Positions 13,651 to 26,427 are shown, counted from the stretch's first letter. The stretch is DNA of 64,000 nt from Ancylonema sp. (GCA_050230475.1 JBFLGF010000023.1:1-64000), one strand, 5' to 3'. Numbers and translations: made by a program. Notes: generated by a model not told the origin, from the sequence alone.

Positions 13651-15442
13651 CTAAAAGTAAGAGTTTTCCTTCTTCTTCACTAGAGCACACAAGTTCCTCC
13701 AGCAATGGATGGATCCTACCATGTGATCTACAGGATTCACTGAATAGTTTCCAATCCTCCACATACTCTTAGTGTTTGGGCCCTTCTGAAAATCTTCATT
13801 TACCACATCTATCATTGACTTGATAAAAGCAACAGTGGTGCCTGCTTTGCCAGGCGCCCCCCCCCCACAATCTTGGCCATAGCAACCCCACTTGGTGTCA
13901 TGATAGTAGGAAGTTTCTAGGTCTTCAATGAAATAGGTGCCCCCCGGTTTCACGAGTGGCATCAAGTTGGTGAACGATGTTATTTGTTGTGACATCGTAT
14001 GGCCTCCATCGTCAATTATGAAGTCCAACACTCCGGATTCTTTCCGAATCTCGTCCGATACGGTGGTCAAGAAGCTCACATCTTCTTGGTCGCCCACGAA
14101 AATCTTCACTTCCGCTTTCTGGTCACCCCAAAGCAACCACGGAATACGGAATACGGAAAACAGTGAACGGCCACTCACTTTTCGCAAATTGTGCTTTGTG
14201 ATCAGGACTTATTTTTTAAACACTTGACATGTCCAGTGCCATTTTAATGGCACTAGACGATATGGTGGACAGGGAGGGCTGCATGAAGAACCTACTTTAA
14301 CCATTGAGTTCACATGTTCAATGTTCATGCTCAATATGTTCATGTTCATGTTCAATAACAGGTCGTTCTCCAGTCAGTTCAATAACAGGTCGTTCTCCAC
14401 TTAGTTCAATATCTCATCTTCACTGAATTCTTATCAGCATATAAAGCCATCGAAAATCCTTATCTTCTTTTCGACTGCCATGATGGTGGTCTACACGTAA
14501 AAAAGATGAACTTGTGTAAACATTTCCATGTGGCTACCCACGGTGGGGCAATCGCATCAGAGCATGCTCAGCACGTTATGCCCATGTTTCCCAGTGATCA
14601 AATCCCCCTGTTTCCGTGTTTCTATCGATTTGATACCTGGTGACCTTATACCTGATTTGAAACAACGTGTCAATCCAAGGGTAAGAGGGTTTTCCTTAGA
14701 GTGGTAAAATTTCATTACGTATGTGTATATGTGTATATAAATGTCTTCTTCCAGAAGACTGAGAGGACACATCAGTTTGTTTGTCAGCAGATTTCACTGC
14801 ATTGAAGGTTATGCCTTCATCCGAGTTATCTTCAAACCGTTTCGACTGACAGGATACTCAGGGTCAAGTCAGATCCTTATTGCCGATAGGCAAAACTCTG
14901 TACGCCTGATTCTCTTAGTTGTGAAACTGCACCGTGCTTCTCGGTTTTGCTGACAGCTGTGAGGTGTATAGATATTGGAACAGGAACCCGTTCATCACTT
15001 CCACATGTAGAGAAAATTGCAGTTTCAGGACCCAGCGTACCTTCCCGATGTACTTCTTGAAGCCATCGTTGTGCGAGCCTTTGTCAATGCCATAGATAGT
15101 AGCCATCGTGAAGAACTTATCCCATAGGTCAAGAGAGTCCCCACTGCACAGTCCAATCTCCAGGAAAGCTATCTTCTTGTTGCGTAAGGGGTCAAAGAAA
15201 GGAGCATACATGAACCCGTAGTTGTGAAGTCGCTTTCCGGAATTCGATTTCTTTAAGTAACTCTCAAATCCCTCCTCACTCTCTGGTGACGTACCAGAAA
15301 ATGCGGCGGAAGTCGACGGAGGTGCCAAATCAGTGGCCTCTCTGCCAATAGATTTGCACTCGCCATCATAAAGAAAGACAAATGCAGTGCAGAACAGCGT
15401 TATCACGGCAAAATTACCGAGATAAGTGGTTATTGATGGCAT
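13651..15442 (-). CDS. Class I SAM-dependent O-methyltransferase, MycE/TylE-like, with N-terminal hydrophobic anchor; exons 15442-15041 and 14118-13651
   Basis: HNYGFMY, FLEIGLCSGDSL..W..FF, IYGID, FVGDQED, FIIDDGGH, VKPGGTYFIEDLETSY; phase-0 GT-AG intron; N-terminal FAVITLFCTAFVFL. Confidence 0.82.
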
Positions 15443-16081
15443 CTTTAGATTACTGCAAACATTTCATGCATGCCATGCAAGACTGGGCATGCTTCCTCTC
15501 ACCGCCTTAGCGTGCATGTAATCTGTCTGCTATTCCTGGTTGCCAGTCTAGCGGAGGGAGACAGTCTCAGTTCGGAACGAGAAACCAGGCTACGAAGCCA
15601 GTTCGCAACTGACATGCGTTGCGCAGAAGAAATTTGGTGGTTCTGCTAGAGATCGGGGAGCCCACCCCTCTGGGCTGCGGAATGCGCAGCCCGCAGCCCA
15701 TAGGCTGAGAGCATCAACTATGATCGGACTACCGTTTTTAGGGTTAAGCAACCTTGAAAACTTGGCAATTTAAGAGCCTTAATTAAGGTTTTTGAGTTAA
15801 AGTTTTAAACCCCTTGGATTTTTTGACCCTTCAGTTCCCTTAAAGTGTGGTTCCTTCAAAACCCTTCGAATGCCACATAACCACTTAGGCTCTACATATC
15901 ATTTTAAGTGCAGATCGTTTATTTCGTTTGAATGCCTCGTTCCTTAGTGGTTGTCTGTCTACACACGTGTCATGCAATAAATTCATAGTGGAAACGGAAA
16001 GTATCAAATGGCAGGTGGCGAGCCTGTTTATGTTTTTTAGATGCTTCGTCAAGCTCCTGCAGCACGAAAAGGGGGGAACGC

Positions 16082-17002
16082 CATAGTTGCACGAACTCCG
16101 AACCGTTTCCGAACCGGATCTTAGATGGAACCGGTTCCGACAAAAGTGGACGAGGTTCGGATCCGGATAATTTAGGATTTTTTTTTACCTAATCGTCATT
16201 TGTGGGGTCATATGGCACGGGAAAAATCGGGAAATAGTTTTTTTTTGAGCAGCTCGTCATGCTCTATTTAACAAAATAGCAAACGAATGATATCCATTGT
16301 TAAAAAACTCAAAACGAATTTCCGCAAGAGTACATTCTCATGATTTTTGGTGCATTTGTATGTTTTGCTCGCTTCTCTGCAAACTGTGTTTCTATTTATG
16401 TACAAGTAGTTAAATAAAATGGTTATATCTTTTTATGAAAATCATATGCTCATCTCCGTTCCATATCTTACTCATTCCCATTTCCGTGTTATACTTCCAT
16501 GTGAAAATGTTGCGAGAGATTTTTTTACCCGTAATCTAATGGCACTTGACATATGCTACAACCTTCCATGCATTCTCTTTTAAATCGTGCTCTCAAAGCT
16601 CTAACGCTAATTCCATAATTTCATACTTCTCCTCTTCCACATCTCTTGCTTATCCAAAGCCGGATGTGTGTGCCAAAATGGAAGGCCGGGTGTTGTTTTC
16701 GGCCAATGAAATTGCACCACGTCCTGCCATGGCGTGAAAGAAAGTAAATTAAAACTTGCAATGGCCACGCCATATTTTTCCCGATGAAATATTTAAAAAA
16801 TTTAGCGTCTGAAAGTGACGTGGAGTCACCAACATGAGCATATACAATGATATATTTTCCCCACGTCCATTTTTCGGGAGGGGAAAAATGTTGTACCGCG
16901 GGAAGGAGGAAAACCCTAAAAATCACTCGGTTCGTCCGGTTCCAAAACGGTTCCATCTCGGAAGCGGTTCCGGAAAAAAAAAAACCGGTTCGTGCAACTA
17001 TG
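16082..17002. mobile_element. Non-autonomous hAT-like element (921 bp)
   Basis: TIR CATAGTTGCACGAAC / GTTCGTGCAACTATG; degenerate 8-bp TSD GGGAACGC/AGGAACAC; GAACCGG subterminal motifs; AT-rich interior. Confidence 0.82.
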
Positions 17003-18070
17003 AGGAACACCATTGGGGCCTATGTAGGAACACTTCACGAAGTTGGAGGAGAATAACAAAGTTTATTTTTGGGCATCGTGTACCGCATGCTTCAAAGCGG
17101 GTACGTTGGACGGATTTCATATATGTATCGTCAAACTTTGTTGTCTTCGCCATCGTTTTGTTGTCGACTTGTTGAATCTTGTCGTATTCGCAACATATAC
17201 TAATTTTAAATTCAAGGAATGCGGGAGGGGAAAGAAGAGTCGAGGGGGCTGATGAGGGGGCCTCATACCCTTAAAATGTACACCCATATTGGTGAACATA
17301 TTGCATCAGTAAAAAATAAAAGGGGTCATTGGATTCACTTTCTAGTTCGACAAGTGGCTCGGTGAGATTGCATTGATAGGTGTAACAATGGTCAACGAAG
17401 CATCTCCGAAGACTCGTGGCTCGAAATGGAAGTTGCCGAAACCCTTCATGTCCACGCTCGGAACCTAAATGATGAAAGAGGAGCCCCCTTGTTGGCAGAT
17501 TATGCATTGAGATTTAAATCTCAATGCATAATCACCCAACAAAGTGGCGCCTCTTTTGTACTTCTTGCTTGTTTTTTTTTTTTGGATAATGCCATCAATC
17601 TTTTTGTATCACAATTTGCTTAGGCACACCACGCTCGATTGCAATGCCATAAATCGCTTATACTTTTCTTGTCGCTTTAAAGCGGTCGCTTCGCATTTGA
17701 TTTCAGACTGCATGCTCATTTCTTAAATGTATAATGTTTCTTAACTGTATAATACACTAGATAGTTTTTTCAATCAAAACATATTTTTGATAACCTGTAG
17801 TAATAATCCCCATAGATGAAGTGATCCATATGATATTCCCTAAAAGAATGCTATAGCGATTGTGGTTGTCCATGGATAGTAAGGTTCTAAGTCTCGCTTG
17901 GCCCATTCGTCTAAAGAATGTGCTTAATACACATATCCTTGCATATTGGGGGCGGAAATCTGGTTTGGGGGCGAAAAAGTAGGGGCACTATTGTGGTCAC
18001 CACTACCAAAAGATGCAAGAAAGATGGCTACCTTTAGTTTGAAGGCAACCCTCAATTGCATTACTTAACC

Positions 18071-18663
18071 TATAACGGAGTGACGAGCGCATTTATGCAT
18101 TACTCTTGTTTTGTCGATAATTAAGTTAACTATCGATTGCGCCTATAAGCAAAGCTGCTTATAGAGAGTGACGCCGGCCTCGGGCCTGCGCCTCGCCTAA
18201 GTATTACTAATACTTGGCGCAAGGTTGCGCCAATTAATACTTTATATTAGATATTACCGCCCCCGCATGGAGCCGGAAACTGTCTAATATTCGACGGGTC
18301 CTTTGACGGGTGAAAGTCCCTGTCCGCTTGTACGGATTCAGTCATACGTGACGTAAGTGAACCGTCGTTTGCGGATTCTATCCCGCATCGACAGTTCGAG
18401 CTCGTAGAGCTTTCCAGTGGTCTACGCAAACCGCTATCGGCTGAGGTGCGATTCACCCTGAGTTGAAGACGAGCTTGTGCACGATTCGATCGTGAGCTCT
18501 GCCTTTAAAGATACACGCCGCAGCCTGTAGAGTACTCACGAATTCATGAATTCAATTATGAACAAGCTCTAGTTGGTGCAGACTGCGGACATAGCGTGTC
18601 AATACGTTCGATTCGTATGTGTTTATTATTTGCGAATAACATTACATATATTGCCCTGTGACA
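18071..18663 (+). repeat. 5' LTR of the chromovirus
   Basis: Aligns with 24770-25566; begins TATAACGGAG (mutated TG) and ends GTGACA. Confidence 0.9.
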
Positions 18664-18664
18664 T

Positions 18665-18675
18665 TGGTATCAGAG
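18665..18675 (+). promoter_or_regulatory. Primer-binding site complementary to initiator tRNA-Met
   Basis: TGGTATCAGAG 1 nt after the LTR end. Confidence 0.9.
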
Positions 18676-21600
18676 TAGGATTCAGATCTTGATAAATTCT
18701 TTGGGACAATTGCATTCTGCATGAGTGTAACTGCGTTGGTCGCATTCATCCGAACATATCAAGAAATGTCTCTGAATGTGCCCCCTGTGAATGCGCCCCA
18801 CGGACAGACAACATCCGCCCCGCCGGTAGTTGAAGTTGTTGCTGGATCTACTATGCTTTCTGCTATTTTGTAGTGTGCCGTGACTTCGCCAAGGCAGTCT
18901 CCGAAGCTTGCAGTTGGCGCATCCCCGTCGGGAAGCAACATCAACCGCCCGTCTCGTGTGATAGTTCTCGCCCCGCGAAATTTTACTACAGCGAACTTCC
19001 GCCCCGTTGGCCAGCCCACCCACGCTACAGTCGTTCAGCGCGCGATTCCGGCTGCTGCATCTGCCCAGGGCGCCAGCACGCCACGCGACGCATTCGGGGG
19101 ACTGCGAACTTATCACAAAAATCGACGAAGAAGAGTTGTTACGTCAGGCGGAGAGGGCGCTGCAGGATCATCGAGAGAAAGTTTTAAGCCTCGCTGTCTA
19201 GCTCAGTGTTTAGGGACGTCAATTGGGCCAAGCTGAGGTCAAGCTTGCTGCGATGGAGACTGTAAAAAAATCGAGCGAACGTGTGATCACCCAGGGGCGA
19301 TCCAAATTAGTTCGTTCGGAGGGCTCGAAGGCACACAAAGACCTCTATTTCAAGGCGCTGACGAATCTCGGTGCACTCCCAATGTGTGATGCGACATGGA
19401 AAGTCCCTTTTCGCGAGTGGTTTAAAGATTTTGAAAATATGATCATCGACATGGGCTTCTCGGAGGAGAGAGGCATGCGTCTGCTCATGACGCGTCTGAA
19501 GGAGGGCCCGAATTCCTAATGGCGGGATTGCGAGTCGGCATTGCTGCGTGCGGGTGCTGACCCGTCTTCGAACGTTAGATGGTAGTCGCGTGTGGTAGTA
19601 CGTTTCTGTCAGAGTAGTAGAAACTGACATATTGGGCGCTGAAATAACACGGTCCGCTCCGTCCTCTGATCGTCGAGATGCGACTGCACCTGGGTCGGAT
19701 GACACCTGTGCACCTGGGTCGGATGACACCTGTCATTCGTCCATCTCGCTAGGCCCAGATTTCGCATCTGCTGTGAGGGAGTTCGCTGTGAAGGAGGATG
19801 ATGATCTCTAGAAGGAGAAGGTCGTCATCCCGGAGACCGCGCAAGAGCGCGAGATGCCATTCACTCAGCTTCTAAAGAAGCGTAAGGCCGATGCTTGGAG
19901 CGTCGTGGAGATGGGTCCTCCATCCTTGTGAAGAAAGGAACGACGTTTGGCAGCGGAGAGAAGGGGGGCAGCTCCTCCCACATCCAGGGCCAGGCCCAGG
20001 GCAGGGCCCAGAGCCACGGCCAAGGCCCCAGACAGGACCCGGGTAGAGCAAAACTTAGCAATCAAGCTAGGATGGCGCTTTATACCGACGGGAAATGTTT
20101 CGTGTGCCAGAAAGCTGGCCACGTGGCCCTTGATTGTCCCACACGTGTGGTAATAAAGGACAAGGGAGACGACAAGGATGGAAAGAAAACCTATAGCAAG
20201 TTGGTAAAAGGGTAGCTCGTTCCGACTTGGAGTCGCGGAGCGAGCGAGATGACAGAACTTGTTATTGTGAATGAAAATGATATATCAGCAGTTTGTGGGG
20301 ATAGTCTCCCAATAATTTTTTGTTTGGAAAATCATGAGGCGTTTATTGAAATGGAGTACAAGTGTAATGTCCGATTCGTTTCTCGTGTCGATTTGCCATG
20401 TGATGTGTATATGTGCCTACCAAGTGGTAAGGTACTCGATGATTGCATACAAAAATTTCACACGTTAGTGAAGAATTTTAAATGCATTGTCATGAAGCTC
20501 AGAAATGGATTGCACACATGGCCGGGGCCATTTACAGTCTACAAACAAATCCACAAGCATGAAATAGTCAATGACGTGCCTACGTCAAGGATTTCCCTCG
20601 TTAACTGCCGTGAAGCACATTGCATTCTGGTGAGTAGTACAAATGCCACATTGGCTGCACTTTCAGCACATGGCAACGCATTGTCATTTGAGGCGCAAGT
20701 TGGAGGGATCCCGATATCGATATCGTTGGATACCCTCGCTAGCGAGAAATTCATTAGTGCGGAATTTGTACGCCTACACAATATTGCCATCGATATCGGT
20801 AACAAAGTGAGTGTCACTTTGGGCGATGGTAGCGAGAGTGAAATATTGGGGAAAGTCAATATTCACATGAAATTGGGAGCCTATCATGGCAAAGTTGTTT
20901 TCAATGTGCTAAAGTTAGCACCGTTTATTGACTCCATTCTTGGTTTAGAATGGATGAATCGACATAATGCTATTTTAGACATTGGAACAAAGACATGTCG
21001 AATAACCAAAGGATTGCGCTTTATCACATTGTTTGCAAGTTCGCAACAAAAATAAAAGCCAGTCACCCCTTCATTATCATAGATGCAGCTTTCCAAGGCT
21101 TTGAGGAAAGGTGCTCAGGAATTCTTTGTGCAGTTACGCTAGAAAACTCTCGAGGAAGAGTTAGCGGATACTGAAGAGCGGCCTTTACAAACCGAGGAAA
21201 AGATGTCGGGCATCCCAACTCAACTGGTGGAATTACTCGATAAGTTTTTCGATTTCTTTCCGGACGATCTTCCGAACGGAATTCCACCCGATCGGGGTAC
21301 CAAACACACGATTCCACTGGAATCGGGTGCAAAACCTGTTTTTCGACTGATGTAACGGTGAAATCCTCTTGAACAGAAAGAGGCAAAGAAACAAATCACT
21401 GAGTACCTAGCGAAGAGGTGGATTAACCCGAGTTCTTCGCCGTACGGTCAGCCGATTTTGTTTGTGTCAAAGAAAGGGGGGAGTTTGAGAATGTGTATCG
21501 GTTTTCGTGCACTTAACAAACAAATTGTCAAAAACCGATATGCCTTGCCACGTATCAATGATCTGTTGGATCAATTTAATGGCGCGAAGGTTGGCTCAGG

Positions 21601-22201
21601 GATGTCACTAGATTCAGATTACTCCGGAGGATTGTCCTAAGACCGAGTTTAGAACGCCGATGGGTTATTACGTGTTCAGCGTGTTGCCTCTCAGACTGAC
21701 TAACGCCCCGCCAACTTTTCAGGCGACGATGCATGATATATTCCGTCCGTTTCTCGGAAAGTTTGTATTAGTCCATCTGGATGATTTTGTAATATACTCA
21801 AAGACCGAGGGGGAACATATTGAGCATGTTCGACAAGCGTTGTCGATTTTGCAAAAGTATAAGTTACTATGCCAAAAAGAAGAAGTGCACGTTTATGCAA
21901 GAACAACTTATTTACTTAGGGCATCAGGTTGGGCCCGAAGGTATTCGACTCGATGCTCAAAAGCTAAGTGTTATTCCAGATTCGCCTATTCCGGCGGACG
22001 TCAAGGACGTACAATCGTTTCTTGGATTGGCGAATTACTTCCGAAAAATCATTTATGGATTTGCGGAGATCGCTAAGCCGAAGACAAATTGGACTAAGGC
22101 GTCGACACACTTTTAGTGGACCGACAGTTGCCAAAAGTCCTTTGATCGACTTAAGTGGTGTTTGACCCACGCGCCTACGTTGGCGTTGTTTGATCCGAAT
22201 C

Positions 22202-22663
22202 TGTTACGACCGTCGCCGGACTGTACTTTCAACGACTTCACAACCGGGCCATAAAAGGCACAATGTCCAAGATGGGACTTGGACAGCACACATACAATAT
22301 ATACCGAGATGCCGTCCCTTGACACTATCCCCCCCGCAAGGGGTTCGCGTCCCGAGAACCCCCAGCACCCCCAGAATGATCGGGCACAGCCGCGCGCACG
22401 GGCACCCCCTCCCCGAAGGTGCATCCCGCATGTGAGTGGCCGGTCAAAGATATAATTGTTAACCCCCACGGAATTCCGTGTGAGCGGGAAAGTGGCGGAG
22501 ACGGGATTCGAACCACCGCCCACCCGTAATCTTAGACATTATGTTACGACCGTCGCCGGACTGTACTTTCAACGACTTCACAACCGGGCCATAGAAGGCA
22601 CAATGTCCAAGATGGAAACGGATAGCACAGATACAATATATACCGAGATGCCGATCCCTGACT
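22202..22663 (-). mobile_element. TRIM (miniature non-coding LTR element) nested in the chromovirus pol
   Basis: About 122-bp direct repeats 22202-22324 and 22542-22663 (TGTTAC...TGACA/T); perfect 5-bp TSD GAATC (22197-22201, 22664-22668); minus-strand PPT GGGGGGGATAG abutting the left LTR; removing it restores DPNLPCEVVTDAS. Confidence 0.93.
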
Positions 22664-24769
22664 GAATCTTCCTTGTGAAGTTGTAACGGATGCATCAATG
22701 TATTCGTTAGGTAGAGTGTTACTCCAAGGTTCACGTGCCATTGCGTACGAATCACCAACTATGAATTCAGCACAACAACGTTACGGTGTTGGTGGGCAAG
22801 AGTTGCTCGCCTCAGTACACTGTTTGCGGAAGTGGCGGTGCTACTTGGAAGATGCCCATTCCTTGTGGTCGTAACCGATCATAACCCGAATGTCTTCCTA
22901 AGTAACAAGACTGAGTTGTCAAGACGGCAAGCACGATGCTCTCAGCTGTTACAGTCGTACGACTGTCGGTGGGAGTATCGGCCGGGACGTACAAATCTTG
23001 CCGACTCCCTAAGTCGTATCGATAGGAAGGTTCTCTTGCCTTCTAGTGTCATATCGGCATTTAAACCGCGGCGAGGGAGCGAGGACAGGATTGCAATCTT
23101 TCCGGACTCCACCACGATGCGAAGTAGGACTATGATGGCTATTCACGTTGGTTTCCCATATTCAGCCATGGACTTGGCTAAGTCGATCTCGGAAGGATAC
23201 GTCATCGGCACTGAGTGTGAGGGCTCCCCATCTTGCCAAAAAGGGGTATACCACCTAAACTATACCAATGGATTATGTTATAAAGATGACCGTCTTTTTT
23301 TGTCCGCGGCGGCTCGTGACACAATCATGCAACTTGGGCACGCAAGTGCAGTTGCAGGTCATTTTGGCGCCAAGAAGTCGATTGAGCTCATCAAACGAAC
23401 TTATTGGTGGCCGACATTGTTGGTGGATGTTTCCAACTTTGTCTGGGGCTGTTTGTTTGTCAACGGAGCAAGACATTAAATAGTCGGCCACAAGGGTTGT
23501 TGCAACCTTTGCCAATCCCGGAACGCCGTTGGTCATCGTTATCGATGGACGTCATCACAAGTCTTCCGACTACCGCACGACAAAAGAAAATCGATTCTTG
23601 TTTTTGTCGATCGGTTTTCGAAGATGGTTAATTTCATCGCGGTTGAAGAATCGATGACGGCAAAGGATTTTGCCCGTTATTTCATCGATGGAGTTGTAAG
23701 ACTCCATGGCCTTCCCGACGAAATTATTTGTGATCGAGATCCTGAATTTCGGGCCGCGTTCATGCAAACATTCTTTGCTGGAGTGGGTGTCGATTTGAAG
23801 ATGAGTACTTCTTTTCATCCTCAGACCGACGGGCGAACCGAAAGGACCAATCAAACTTTGGAGCAATATCTTCGTTGCTTCATAGATGTCGACATGTCCG
23901 ATTGGGAGGATTGGTTGCCATTGGCGGAGTTTTCGATAAACAATGCTTGGCAAGAATCCATTCAGTGTACTCCATTCGAGATTGATGGCGGCCGGCACCC
24001 AAAGACACCGTTAACCCTTCGCGCAAGTGCTCGTCTGCAAACGGGGCAGCCAGGAGATTGGGACCCTGCCGCTGAACGTTTTCGTGCCAAGATTGACAGA
24101 CTCTTAAAGAAGGCTCGGAAGAAGAGTTATCAAGAGGCTCAAGCAAGGCAGAAAATGAATGCTGACAACCGCATAAAATTGGTGGAACCATCTTCTGTTG
24201 GGAGTAGTGTTCTATCTACTAGGAGGATCACTCTATCAACACCCGGGCCCATTAAACTCTGGCCTGAGTTCATTGGTCCGTTGAAGGTGTTGGCACGAAT
24301 CGGTGAGGTTGCCTACCGATTGGAGTTGCCCGTGCATCGAAAAAATCACAACGTTTATCATGTGAGTTTGATGCGGCGATTTGTAGCGGGTAAATCGCCG
24401 ATTCCACTGGCGGTTCCTCTGAAAACAAATGTTGAATATAAAATAGGAAAACTCCTCGATTTCCAAGTTCTGAAAGTCGGCCGTGGCACACGACGTAAAA
24501 ATCTGGTCAAGTGGTTGGATTATGGACCTGAACATAACACTTGGGAACCGGCGATAGTTATCGAAAAATAAGCGCCACTGTTGGTAACTAAATACCTGGC
24601 TCGACAAAAGTCTGGGTCCATAGCTAAGAAGAACGATGCGAAGAGTGTTAAGCGCACAGTTGGAGCAACGTCTTCCGACGTACAAGTCAAGTCTGGACTG
24701 CGGACACGGTTTAAGTCATAGTTACTCTTTTGTAGTCAATGCGGACATTGCCACTTAGGGGGGGGCGAG

Positions 24770-25566
24770 TGTAACGGAGTGACGTGCGCATTTATGCATT
24801 ACTCTTGTTTTGTCGATATTTAAGTTAATTATCGATTGCGCCTATAAGCAAAGTTGCTTATAGAGAGCGATAGCCTCAGGCGTGCGCCCCGCCTAAGTAT
24901 TATTAATACTTGGCGCAAGGTTGCGCCAATTAGTACTTGATATTAGATACCGCCCCCGCACGGAGCCGGAAAATGTATAATATTCGACGGGTCCTTTGAC
25001 GGGTCAAAGTCCCTGTCTGCTTGTACGGATTCAGCCGTACGCATAGTTGCGTCCCGGACCGTCCGGAGATCTCCGGACGCGTCCGGGACCCGGACGCCTC
25101 AGCCAAAATCTGATATCCATATTTTTGGAACCCCCATATTTGTGTGACTTCAGAATGAAAACCCTGTTTTTTTTTTGCATGTTAGTTGCGTCCCGGACCG
25201 TCCGGGGATCTCCGGACTCGTCCGGAGCGCAACTATGTACGGCCCTTACGTGACGTTAGTCAACCGTCGTCTTCGGATTTCATCCCGCATCGACAGTTCG
25301 AGCTCGTAGAACTTTCCAGTGGCCTTTCCCGCAAACCGCTGTCAGCTGAGGTGCGATTCACCCTGAGCCGAAGACGAGCTTGTGCTCAATTCGATCGTGA
25401 GCTCTGCCTTTAAACATACACGCCGCAGCGTGCATATTACTCATGAATTCACGAATTCACTTGTGAACAAGCTCTAGCTGGTGCACAATGCGGACACAGC
25501 GTGTCAATACGTTTGAGTCGTATGTGTTTATTACTTGCGAATAACATTATATATTGCCCTGTGGCG
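24770..25566 (+). repeat. 3' LTR of the chromovirus, interrupted by a MITE
   Basis: Follows PPT AGGGGGGGG; starts TGTAACGGAG; colinear with the 5' LTR except for an insert at about 25042-25237. Confidence 0.9.
25042..25237. mobile_element. MITE of the same family as 13156-13403, inserted in the 3' LTR
   Basis: CATAGTTGCGTCCCGGAC...GCGCAACTATG; interior is the reverse complement of part of the 13156 copy; absent from the 5' LTR. Confidence 0.85.
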
Positions 25567-26427
25567 ATATATTATTGTAATATTATTACATAACCCCCTA
25601 GAGGGCAAAGTAGGGCTTCATTTGCCAACCCCGCCAAGTGGGACCATTCCCATACTTTGGGGTCCGGAAGTCCCGGATGAGGACTCAACTATGAGAGAAA
25701 AGCATTTCTGCCTAGCAAGTCCATGAGAAGGGTCGGAAAAAGAAGAGTCTCCTTTTAAGTATCGGAATCCTTTTTCTTTCCCCCCTTGTCGTCCTCAGCA
25801 TCCTATGTTCTATACCGCCTCATCTCCAACACAACATCATCCATTAATGCAACAACATGGGTATAACATGTTGGGTTCCCAATGTGGGACAAGTGGAGTT
25901 TACGCCATTAGTCACCTGAATATATATGTTTGTCGTGACGCTATCTGCTTGCATTATCCAAGTGCAAGTTTGTATCAAAAAGTTGTTTTGGTTTTCCGAA
26001 CGAGAGTTCCGTTTTATTTTTGCTTCGTGTGGGGTTACACCATCACCATCTGTGTTTCTACTTCATTTTTTGTTTGTGGAAGTGAGCTTGGTGAATTTTT
26101 TATTTATTTTTATGCGTTCAAATTGATCATGTGGCAAGTTCGTGGGCTTTCATTTCCACTCTGTTATGTAGAGATCAGTCCACTTGTTATACCGCTCCAT
26201 ACGACAAAGCATAAGATAAAAATATACATTATTTCAAGACAAAAAAAAACTTTTGCTACTAATCTGCACCACTCCCCGCCCAAGTGCTCCCACCTCTCCC
26301 CGCCCCGGATATCAACATACACATACGGATGCCACGCTCAGAAATGAGCCGATCCCCAAAATACTCACGAAGTTTCCAATACGTTGTTGTGCAAAAATCA
26401 ATATCATGTAGAGCATGTGTGTGATCA

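Larger units (their letters stand above)
18071..25566 (+). mobile_element. Full-length but decayed Ty3/gypsy chromovirus LTR retrotransposon
   Basis: Two LTRs, PBS TGGTATCAGAG, zinc knuckle CFVCQKAGHVALDC, protease LDTLASEKFIS, RT (GSLRMCI..RALNK, HLDD), RNase H (VTDAS), integrase (HPQTDGRTERTNQ), chromodomain (LVKWLDYGPEHNTWEP), PPT. Many stops and frameshifts. Confidence 0.95.

Noticed and set aside
22493..22527. Functional tRNA gene
   Set aside because: No D arm or anticodon arm, imperfect T stem and short acceptor strand.
22202..22663. CRISPR-like array or simple tandem duplication
   Set aside because: Only two 122-bp repeats, with TG..CA ends, PPT and a 5-bp TSD: LTR structure.
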